Positions 9,641 through 16,720 of a stretch of 26,840 bases of DNA are shown piece after piece (position 1 is the first letter of the stretch; each line of letters begins with the position of its first letter). The notes beneath the pieces were generated by a model, which saw nothing but the letters and a program-made list of their open reading frames with translations, had not been told where the DNA came from and searched no databases. The translations under genes were made by a program, and so were the position numbers. This DNA comes from a virus (taxonomy: Duplodnaviria > Caudoviricetes): IMG/VR virus record IMGVR_UViG_3300011439_000041, positions 1 through 26,840 of that record, one strand, 5' to 3'.

Positions 9641-10368
9641 GTAACCGCCACAGGTGCGGCCTCGGCGATGAGCGCCGCCATGGTGCGCGGCGACGACTTG
9701 GCGCCGCGGTAGCGACGGAAGAGCGCGAGCGAGGCGCTGCTACCGATGGTTCGCGACATCCGCTGCGGGGTGCCGTGATACATGTGCCACAGGTCGGCAG
9801 TGCCGCGCCACGGCCGGCCGGCGAGCAGATGCAGCGCGACCGCCCACGCCTCGTCTTCCTGGCCCCAGCCCTGAAAGCGTGGGTCGATCGGCACGCTCAG
9901 ATACGTCTCCCGCCTGAGCACGACGATCCCACCGCCGGGCACCCCGATGTAGGGCCGCTGCATGTAGGTGGTGGCGGTGCGCACCGTCGGCCACGCGCCG
10001 GACTCGATGGCCTCGGCGGTCGCGGACGGCGTCAGTCGCAGCACCCGCTCGTGCGGGATCGCCCAGCCGGCGCCGCCGATCGCGATGACGTCGACGGCCG
10101 CCCGCACTCCGTCGCACCAGACGTCGGCGTCGGCGACCACGACGATGTCGCGGCTCGCCCGCGCGATCCCGTCGGCGACCGCGGCGCCCTTGCACCATAG
10201 GCCGTCGTCGGCGCAGTTGCCCTCGACAACCTCATAGTCCGGGTACCGCTTCGCCCACAGCGACCGCAGATGATCCCACAGCGGCGCCCGTTGCGGCGGC
10301 GTCGCGCGGAACGGCACGACGACCGAGACGCCGGGCTGCGGCCTCGGCTCAGTCTTGCGCTTCGCCAT
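9637..10368 (-). CDS. Glycosyltransferase E (GT-A fold with GT7/galactosyltransferase-like C-terminal motif)
   Basis: Likely start ATG 10368 (MAKRKTEP). Motifs VSVVVPFR, DxD in VADADV, and DPRFQGWGQED. Confidence 0.85.
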   Translation of the reverse strand: MAKRKTEPRPQPGVSVVVPFRATPPQRAPLWDHLRSLWAKRYPDYEVVEGNCADDGLWCKGAAVADGIARASRDIVVVADADVWCDGVRAAVDVIAIGGAGWAIPHERVLRLTPSATAEAIESGAWPTVRTATTYMQRPYIGVPGGGIVVLRRETYLSVPIDPRFQGWGQEDEAWAVALHLLAGRPWRGTADLWHMYHGTPQRMSRTIGSSASLALFRRYRGAKSSPRTMAALIAEAAPVAVT

Positions 10369-11149
10369 CGTGGTTCTCCCATCGGCGGTACGGGGCGGGG
10401 TCACGCACGAGGCCGGCGTCGACCGGCGACAGATACCACCAGTGCTCACGGAAGATGTCGCCGAGCACGCCCTCGCCCCGTTGATCGACGAGCCGGCCGT
10501 ACGAGCGCCAGTGCGCGCCCTCGCTGTCGGGCAGATCGGTGGCACGGTAGGCCGCCGCACCGTTGACGCCCTTGCGGGTGAACTGGGCGGCCGAGCGGGC
10601 GGGGAAGTGTCGGATCTCGAGCGATGGAATGCCGACCCCGCCCGATGGCAGGTAGACGCCATGGTTGCCCTGCGCGATCACCGCCCCGGGCTCCCAGCGA
10701 AACGCCACTTTGGGTAGCGGCGCCGACGTCGCCTGCCGCCACACCAGCGACCGGAACGGGTCCGGGTCCGGCTCGTCGACGGCGGTCGCCAGGTGGTTGA
10801 AGAGGCGCGCGATCGCGATCGGCTCCGGCTGGCCGGGCAACACGTCCCGGATCCGGTGGGCCGAGTACCAGAGCTCGTCGGCGTCGAAGGGAACGATCCA
10901 CGTCGCGCCCGCGGCCGCGGCCCGGACGGCGAGCGCCGACATCTTCGCCGACTGGTAGTAGGCCGGGTCCGGGTCGTCCATCACGATCAGCGGCAGCTCG
11001 TCGACGAGATCCTCGAGTATGTCGCGGGTGCCGTCCGTCGAGCCGTTGTCGGCGACGAGGAGCCAGTCGACCTCGCCGGCCATGTGCCGCAGCGTGCCGG
11101 CGATGACGTCGGCCTCGTCCCGAACCATCGAGACGCCGACAACGCTCAC
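10349..11149 (-). CDS. Glycosyltransferase D (GT2-like, Glyco_tranf_2_4 type)
   Basis: MVRDEADVI, ADNGSTDGT, WIVPFDADELW, KVAF, QGNH and IRHFPARS. Confidence 0.9.
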   Translation of the reverse strand: MSVVGVSMVRDEADVIAGTLRHMAGEVDWLLVADNGSTDGTRDILEDLVDELPLIVMDDPDPAYYQSAKMSALAVRAAAAGATWIVPFDADELWYSAHRIRDVLPGQPEPIAIARLFNHLATAVDEPDPDPFRSLVWRQATSAPLPKVAFRWEPGAVIAQGNHGVYLPSGGVGIPSLEIRHFPARSAAQFTRKGVNGAAAYRATDLPDSEGAHWRSYGRLVDQRGEGVLGDIFREHWWYLSPVDAGLVRDPAPYRRWENHDGEAQD

Positions 11150-11364
11150 AGGGCCGCCCGTACGAAACAGTCCTTTGCCTCGAGCAGCTTGCGTAGCCCG
11201 GCCGTCAACTCCGGCCCGTCCGGCAGGGCATCGACCATGTCGTGCGCGAGGTCGTGAACCAGCTTGCTCACCGCCTGCAGGTGCTCGGGTAGGTGGCCGT
11301 ACTCGAAGAATTCCAGAATGCTGTTTGTCGACGGATGACGGCCGACATGCACGCGCTGAGACAT
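11146..11364 (-). CDS. Small helical phage protein (72 aa), possibly Acb2/Tad1-like hairpin
   Basis: FFEYGHLPEHLQAVS...LPDGPELTAGLRKLLEAKDCFVRAAL. Own RBS (GGAAGGG) and GTGA overlap downstream. The gene is well supported; the function is tentative. Confidence 0.7.
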   Translation of the reverse strand: MSQRVHVGRHPSTNSILEFFEYGHLPEHLQAVSKLVHDLAHDMVDALPDGPELTAGLRKLLEAKDCFVRAAL

Positions 11365-11389
11365 GGTTGCCCTTCCTGCTGCTGAGTGG

Positions 11390-11944
11390 TCACTGACGTA
11401 CCCCCCGGATCGCTGTCTCGACGCCGTACTGCGTGTCTGTCTTGAGTCGGTCGACCTGCAGGGCGAAGCCGCCCGCCGCGAGCGGCTTGACGAGGTCGTT
11501 CAGCGCGAAGGCGATGTCGGGGGCGCCCGGAAAGTCGGCGTAAGCGATCTCGCGGGTGCGGCGCACGATCGGCGTAAAGATCGCTAGGAAGATCCGCTCA
11601 CGAGCCGAGGCGATCATGTTGTCGAGGATCGCCGGCCACTCGTAACTGTGCTCGAGCACGTGACGCATGAAGACGCCCGGCGCATCCGACCGGTACGTCG
11701 CGAGATCGGCGACGACGGACGCGAACCGGCTCGGCGACCCGTCTACCCCGCGATAGCGTTCGGGCGGGACGAAGGTGGAGAGGTAGCCGCGGCCGCATCC
11801 CCAGTCCTCGACTAGGGCGCACGACTCGAGCCATTCGGCCCCCATGGCGTAGGTTGGCGAGTCGCCATACGGCGTCGGCTTGACGCCCAGATTCCACGCT
11901 TCCCAACGCGCGTGAGGCGGCGCGGTTGCGACGTAGTCGGTCAT
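11390..11944 (-). CDS. Class I SAM-dependent methyltransferase
   Basis: Likely start ATG 11944 (TGATG overlap). Motif I VEDWGCGRG, YRGVD and FMRHVLEH. Confidence 0.85.
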   Translation of the reverse strand: MTDYVATAPPHARWEAWNLGVKPTPYGDSPTYAMGAEWLESCALVEDWGCGRGYLSTFVPPERYRGVDGSPSRFASVVADLATYRSDAPGVFMRHVLEHSYEWPAILDNMIASARERIFLAIFTPIVRRTREIAYADFPGAPDIAFALNDLVKPLAAGGFALQVDRLKTDTQYGVETAIRGVRQ

Positions 11945-12618
11945 CAGTAGCCCGTCCCTACCCGCTCGTTTCCGATGTGCTCGACCCAGACGCCCGAGTC
12001 GCGGGCACCCCAGAAGGCCGAGCGCAGCGCGGGATCGGAGGCGAATAGGTCGACGCCGAAGCGCCCCTCCGAGTTCGTGCCGGACGGCCAGCCGCGCTCG
12101 CACAGCGACCGGCGATAGAGCGACGGGTTCGTCGTCCAAAATCGCCGGTGCTCGAGCCAGACCGCCTCGCCGTCGCGTACCTCGACGTAGTCGTCAGGGT
12201 GCTGCTCGACGACGCCGCCCGCGGCGTGCTCGGCCTCGTTCCATGGCTGCCGGCGCAGGGCGACCTGCGTCAGGTGCGGCTGCTCGTCGAGCGTCCGAAT
12301 CATCGCGGCGAGGTCGATCGGCTGAGCGGGGGTGAAGTCGTCCTCGAGGTGCAGTACGTAGCGGGCTGCCGAGGTCCGGGCGAGTTGTCGCCAAGCGTGC
12401 TGGATAGCGCCGCCGAAGCCCGCGCGGGCGCGGCCTAGCGCGAGATTGCCGAACGCCGGATACTGCAGCGTCAGGGCGAACCGGTGCCCGTCGTCGCCGG
12501 TGTCGTCGTGAAACCAGTGCTCGGTGACCAGATCGTGCTCGAGCACCGGCGCCCACGCCGCCATCATCTTGTCGAGTACGGCGTCGCGGCCGTCGGTCAT
12601 CACGAGCGCTGCGATCAA
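11944..12618 (-). CDS. Glycosyltransferase C (GT-A fold)
   Basis: Likely TTG start at 12618 (TTGA overlap). Motifs FHDDTGD, VLHLEDDF, WTTNPSLYR and VEHIG. Confidence 0.75.
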   Translation of the reverse strand: MIAALVMTDGRDAVLDKMMAAWAPVLEHDLVTEHWFHDDTGDDGHRFALTLQYPAFGNLALGRARAGFGGAIQHAWRQLARTSAARYVLHLEDDFTPAQPIDLAAMIRTLDEQPHLTQVALRRQPWNEAEHAAGGVVEQHPDDYVEVRDGEAVWLEHRRFWTTNPSLYRRSLCERGWPSGTNSEGRFGVDLFASDPALRSAFWGARDSGVWVEHIGNERVGTGY

Positions 12619-13244
12619 GGTACGGGCACTCCGTTCGCTCGGGCGATGGCGCGGTGCGCCTCGAGGCGCACGGCACGATCGGGCGCCCGGTTGCGCGAGC
12701 GCTTGTAGACGTGCGCCCGGTAGACCGCGGCGGGGATCGCCTCGATGCTGGCGCCGGCGAGATGGCAGCGCAGCCAGAGATCCCAGTCTTCCGACCACTC
12801 AAAGTCGCGGAAGCCGCCCAGTTCTCGCGCCAGATCGGCCCGGATCATGCTGCCGATGACGAGCCAGTTGCCGTACAGCAGGCACTCGGCGACGCACTCG
12901 TGCGCGTGACTGCTGACCCTCGGCATCCGCGGCATGCTCGCTGACCGGGCCTCGACGTAGCGCACCGCCGGGGCGCGCACGTCGGCGGTGCCGGCCGCCA
13001 TCGCGTCGAGGTAGCCCGCCTCGAGCTCGTCGTCGGCGTCGAGGAAGACGGCCCACTCCGTCTCGACCTGCCACAGCGCCGCGTTGCGGGCCGCCATCGC
13101 CGACCCGGCGGCGAGGTGTACGTCGACCACTGCGGTCGCGCCGGCCGCGTACGCCGAAGCAAGCGCCCGAGCGCGCACCGGGTCGAGGTGTGGCCACTGC
13201 GGACCCTCATAGGTGGCGACGGCGATCGTCACGTCGAGGCCCAC
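12615..13244 (-). CDS. Glycosyltransferase B (GT2 family)
   Basis: VTIAVATY, ARNAAL, VFLDADDEL and GGFRDFEWSEDWDLWLR. Confidence 0.9.
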   Translation of the reverse strand: MGLDVTIAVATYEGPQWPHLDPVRARALASAYAAGATAVVDVHLAAGSAMAARNAALWQVETEWAVFLDADDELEAGYLDAMAAGTADVRAPAVRYVEARSASMPRMPRVSSHAHECVAECLLYGNWLVIGSMIRADLARELGGFRDFEWSEDWDLWLRCHLAGASIEAIPAAVYRAHVYKRSRNRAPDRAVRLEAHRAIARANGVPVP

Positions 13245-13888
13245 AGCGCCCGCCTCCGTAGGTAGATCTCGCGGCCGGTCTGCATGCGGCTCGTCTGTCC
13301 GGCATAGAGGTCGTCCATCGGCGCCTTACCGGACATCGGGTGCAGGTGCTCGACGATCGAGCGACGCGCGTGCGCGTAGGCGCCGCGGTGCTTCGCCGTC
13401 TCGACGGCCTCGTCGTCGCAGTACTCGTGCGGGTAGCCCTCGTGAAAGAACTTGCCCGCCTCGTCGATCGTGCCGCGGGTCTGCACGTAGTCGCGGGTGA
13501 CGAGCATGTGCGTCGCGTGCTCGCCGAGGATGGTGCGGCGGTTGCAGCGGTCGTTCGTGCCGACGACGCCGATACCCGGGCGCAGTCTGGCCAGCGCCAG
13601 ATCGAGCCAGCGCGGATGAAATCGCAGATCGTCGGCGCCGGTGAAGATCAGCGGGTGCGTCGTCTTGGCGATCGCGGCGTTGATCTTCCGCGCGTAGTCG
13701 CCGCGCAGTTCGCGCTCGACGAGCAGGTGATCGACGCCGGCCTGCCGGACGGCGGCGATCACGCCGTCATCCTGAGGAGTGAGCACAAAGAGCACGTCGG
13801 CGTCGCAAGTTTCGCGAATCGAGGCGAGCAGCGGGGCGACGCGGTGCGCCCGGCCGAGCATGGGCACGATGACGACGAGGTCGGGCAT
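13229..13888 (-). CDS. Glycosyltransferase A (GT2-like)
   Basis: Likely start ATG 13888 (TGATG overlap with the adaptor). Motifs LVVIVPMLGR, KINAA, FTGADDL, YCDDE and VEHLHP. Confidence 0.8.
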   Translation of the reverse strand: MPDLVVIVPMLGRAHRVAPLLASIRETCDADVLFVLTPQDDGVIAAVRQAGVDHLLVERELRGDYARKINAAIAKTTHPLIFTGADDLRFHPRWLDLALARLRPGIGVVGTNDRCNRRTILGEHATHMLVTRDYVQTRGTIDEAGKFFHEGYPHEYCDDEAVETAKHRGAYAHARRSIVEHLHPMSGKAPMDDLYAGQTSRMQTGREIYLRRRALWAST

Positions 13889-14493
13889 CAGCCGATCGGG
13901 GTGAGTGAGGCGCGGCAGCCGTACTTGCGCTCGAGCGCCTTGCGCAGGTAGGGCGCGCGCTCCATGGCGGCGAGGACGTCGGCCGCGGCGAACTGCACCC
14001 GATAGTCGTCGATCGACTCGGACATGATTCCGGTCGGGTTGGCGGCGGCGCTGCGCGCGATCGCGAAGGTCGCGGACCGCGCGAACTCGAGTTCTTGGTC
14101 GCCGACCGGGAGCCCGTGGGTGTAGACGACGACGACGTCGACGGGCTCGTGCACGTACGGCGACCACGGCAGGTAGCAGCCACGCACGGGCGCCCTGCGG
14201 CGCAGCTTCGCACCGTAGCGCTTGAAATCGGTGCCCTCGACGAGCGGGTCGCCCTCGTCGATGACGACCGAGTCGATCGCGCTGACCGGCCGCTGTGGCA
14301 GCTCGAGCCAGTTTGACCAGTAGCCCATCAGCAGCACCTCGTCGTCGACGACCTCGACGAGTCGCTGATTGCCCGCCGCGACCTGTACCTCGGCCGTGGC
14401 GAGCTCGAGATACAGGGTCGCGGCGTCCTCGTCGAGGTCGGTGCGCTGCATGAAGAGGGCGAGCTCGTCGGGCGTCGCGAGCATGTCAGCCAT
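13888..14493 (-). CDS. Head-to-tail adaptor
   Basis: Follows the capsid gene; LATPDELA, LELPQRPV, VVYTHG and NPTGIMSESIDDY pattern. Confidence 0.85.
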   Translation of the reverse strand: MADMLATPDELALFMQRTDLDEDAATLYLELATAEVQVAAGNQRLVEVVDDEVLLMGYWSNWLELPQRPVSAIDSVVIDEGDPLVEGTDFKRYGAKLRRRAPVRGCYLPWSPYVHEPVDVVVVYTHGLPVGDQELEFARSATFAIARSAAANPTGIMSESIDDYRVQFAAADVLAAMERAPYLRKALERKYGCRASLTPIG

Positions 14494-14535
14494 CAGCGCT
14501 CACCCCCTTCTGCAGTGCGTCGATCGGACGGGGGA

Positions 14536-15516
14536 TCAGGAGCCGGTCGTGTTGAGGTCGTAGATCTTGCCGTGGTGCGACTCGACGCCGTACTCGAGGC
14601 CGATCTCGCCGTAGATCTGCTTGCGGACCGCGGCACCGGTGCGGGCGAGCTCCTCGACGAAGAGGAAGCCCTTGCCGGGGATCGGCATGAAGCGCGGCGC
14701 GCACTCGTCCATCGAGACGACGAAGATCCGATCCGTCGGCATCCAGCGGTCGAGCATGATGTTGCAGTTGCCGAAGTCGGTTTGGAAGGTCGTCAGCGCG
14801 ACGCCGCCGACGTTGCGGCTCGTCTCCTGGAAGCCCTTGCCGGTGATGAAAATCTCGGTCAGCTTGCGCTTCTGGCTGCCGTTGCAGATCAGCGTCGCGG
14901 TTTCGGACGACATGATGCCACCCTCGGTCCAGACCATCTGCATCAGGTCGAGGACCATGTCCTCGGTCAGCGGCGCGTTGTTGGCGTTGACCACGTTGGT
15001 CGTGATGACCGAGTCGAGGCCCGCCGACTTGCGCGCGCTCGCGTTGGTCGACGGCTCGACCATCGTGTTGGTGAGGAAACCGAGCTCGACGTCGCGGGCG
15101 ATCTGCGCGAGCGCGTAGCGGATCTGGCGGGCCTCCTCGTCGAGCACCGGGTTCGCGCCGGCGATGCCGGCGCCGTACGGGTGGCTGGATCCGGTGTCGC
15201 CGAACTGGCCGGTCGCGGCGAGCTTGGTGTACGAGATCTCGATGGCCTCCTGGTGTATCTCGACCACGTTGCGCACGTTCTGACGCGGGCGCGCCTCGGC
15301 GGTCGGGGCGTCCGCACCCTCCAGACGCTGACGGTCGGCCTCGGGGTCGCGCAGATCGGTGGTCTGCCACGTGAACAGGGTCGCGTCGGCGGGACGTCCG
15401 CCGGTCAGGCCGCCGATCGCCGAGAGAAACGGCGTGTCAGTGGGCGAGATCTCAAAGAGCGGGCCGACGTAGTTCGGCGAGTTGAACGTGGTGAGCTGGC
15501 CGGAAATGCCGGGCAT
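14536..15516 (-). CDS. Major capsid protein (DUF5309/SU10-like)
   Basis: 326 aa after the scaffold; SPTDTPFLSAIG, FTWQT, FQTDFG and LARTG...QIYGEIGLEYG. Ends ...NTTGS. Confidence 0.9.
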   Translation of the reverse strand: MPGISGQLTTFNSPNYVGPLFEISPTDTPFLSAIGGLTGGRPADATLFTWQTTDLRDPEADRQRLEGADAPTAEARPRQNVRNVVEIHQEAIEISYTKLAATGQFGDTGSSHPYGAGIAGANPVLDEEARQIRYALAQIARDVELGFLTNTMVEPSTNASARKSAGLDSVITTNVVNANNAPLTEDMVLDLMQMVWTEGGIMSSETATLICNGSQKRKLTEIFITGKGFQETSRNVGGVALTTFQTDFGNCNIMLDRWMPTDRIFVVSMDECAPRFMPIPGKGFLFVEELARTGAAVRKQIYGEIGLEYGVESHHGKIYDLNTTGS

Positions 15517-15562
15517 GGTCCATCCCTGCTTTCTACTGACTAGGGACCGCCCGGCGGGCGGC

Positions 15563-16225
15563 CTACCTGGGGGTCGTGTTGCCCGAGGTGCGGTGCTGCA
15601 GCTCGGACAAGAGGCGGATTTGGTCGTCCATCCGCTTCTCTTTGCGGGCGAGCTCGATCGCGGCCTTCAGTGCGTCGATGTCGCCTCCGCCGCGGCTGCC
15701 CTGCGACGGGTCGGGCGCCGGCGTGCCGGGCTGACCGTTGCCGCCTGCCGGCGTGCCGGTCGCGGGGAAGAGCGCCTTAAGGGCGTCGGCGTCAGTCTCG
15801 AGCGCCTCGCGGGTGCTCCCGACCAGCCGCGCGGCCTGGTCGGGGGTGAGGCCCTTGCGAGCCGCCACCTCGAGGCGCATCGCGCGCACCTCGGCGTCGG
15901 CCATTTGCTGCCGCATCTGGGTTACCTGATCGGTGAGCGTCTGCACGTCAGTCTTACCCGGGTCGGGCTTGACGTCGAGCGCCGCCGCGAGGGCCTTCAG
16001 CGGCTCGAGGGCCTTCAGGGGCTCGAGGGCCTTGACCTGATCGGCGAGCGCCTTGTTCTGGGCGCGCAGCTCGGCGAGAGCCTTGCGTCCGGCGTCGCTG
16101 TCCATCGCGGCCGCGGCCGGGTCGCCCGTCGCGGGCGGCGCTGCCGGGTCGGCTGGCGGAGTCGTGCCGGTCGGGGGCGTCGCGCCCGTGTCGGCCGGTG
16201 GAGTTGCGGGGTTGGGCTGACCCAT
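15563..16225 (-). CDS. Capsid scaffolding protein
   Basis: Likely start ATG 16225. Pro/Thr-rich N-terminus, AGRKALAELR coiled coil, RLVGSTREALETDADAL and PAPDPSQG. Confidence 0.85.
   Translation of the reverse strand: MGQPNPATPPADTGATPPTGTTPPADPAAPPATGDPAAAAMDSDAGRKALAELRAQNKALADQVKALEPLKALEPLKALAAALDVKPDPGKTDVQTLTDQVTQMRQQMADAEVRAMRLEVAARKGLTPDQAARLVGSTREALETDADALKALFPATGTPAGGNGQPGTPAPDPSQGSRGGGDIDALKAAIELARKEKRMDDQIRLLSELQHRTSGNTTPR
15991..16034. repeat. In-frame 18-bp tandem repeat in scaffold (KALEPL x~2.5)
   Basis: GGGCCTTCAGCGGCTCGA / GGGCCTTCAGGGGCTCGA / GGGCCTTG. Confidence 0.85.
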
Positions 16226-16269
16226 CGCGGGCCTTTCGACAGACCCTCGGCATCGCGCCGCGGGCATGA

Positions 16270-16298
16270 GAAAAGCCCTAGGCGGATGGCCTAGGGCT
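16270..16298 (-). terminator. Intrinsic terminator-like hairpin
   Basis: Minus strand AGCCCTAGGC-CATCC-GCCTAGGGCT followed by TTTC: perfect 10-bp stem with a short U tract. Confidence 0.65.
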
Positions 16299-16326
16299 CG
16301 GTGCGTCTGCGCGTCGCGCGCAGAGG

Positions 16327-16554
16327 TCAGGCGGGAGTGGCGAGCGCGTACTCGGGGAACGGCTGCCCGTTGGACTCCCAGTGAATGCCGTTGTCGCCGG
16401 CGATCGGCTGCCGGTGGTCGAGCTCGTTCCCGTACACCTTGTCGGGGATGCCGCCAGGGAAGGCGGCGCAAAACGAATCCTCAGCGGGCGGGCTGACCGA
16501 GAACGCCGACCGGAAGTGCCGACAGGCCGAGCACTGTGCCTGCGCCTGCGTCAC
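16327..16554 (-). CDS. Small Cys-rich protein (75 aa), candidate immunity/partner of the MuF effector
   Basis: QCSACRHF...FCAAFPGGIP...DHRQPIAGDNGIHWE; lies downstream of the MuF-toxin fusion. Confidence 0.8.
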   Translation of the reverse strand: MTQAQAQCSACRHFRSAFSVSPPAEDSFCAAFPGGIPDKVYGNELDHRQPIAGDNGIHWESNGQPFPEYALATPA

Positions 16555-16712
16555 GCTCGGCCCATCAGTTCATCGGGTGTCGACTCCCTGATGTTGGGAT
16601 CGATCCCCGAGGTGTCGACTGGCGCCCATGGGCGGAAGACGTCGACCGGCTCAATCTCGCCCCCGAGTCGCGCTCGGGTCGCCTCTCGCGAGGGCGGATC
16701 GGGTGTCGTCAC
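16551..16712 (-). CDS. Unannotated 53-aa ORF, candidate antitoxin
   Basis: GTG 16712 to TGA 16551 gives MTTPDPPSREATRARLGGEIEPVDVFRPWAPVDTSGIDPNIRESTPDELMGRA. It fills the gap and has a GTGA overlap with the next gene. The GGAG upstream is unusually close to the start. Confidence 0.55.
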   Translation of the reverse strand: MTTPDPPSREATRARLGGEIEPVDVFRPWAPVDTSGIDPNIRESTPDELMGRA

Positions 16713-16720
16713 GCTCCTGA

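Noticed and set aside
9637-13888. GT cassette as DNA hypermodification or Gtr-type serotype conversion
   Set aside because: No hydroxymethylase or other nucleotide-modifying gene and no membrane partner in the window, and the cassette is coupled to structural genes. Disfavoured but not excluded.
14486-15370. Alternative-frame ORF over the capsid, as a possible frameshifted capsid extension
   Set aside because: No slippery heptamer near the capsid end, and the product is Arg-rich shadow sequence.
15547-15561. Small hairpin CCGCCC-GGC-GGGCGG between scaffold and capsid
   Set aside because: A 6-bp GC stem is expected by chance at this composition.
9637-16471. Long N-terminal extensions in the track (starts 10662, 12139, 12798, 14167, 16471; similarly 23875, 25403, 7710)
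   Set aside because: They overlap upstream genes extensively. Downstream starts fit stop/start overlaps or motif boundaries better.
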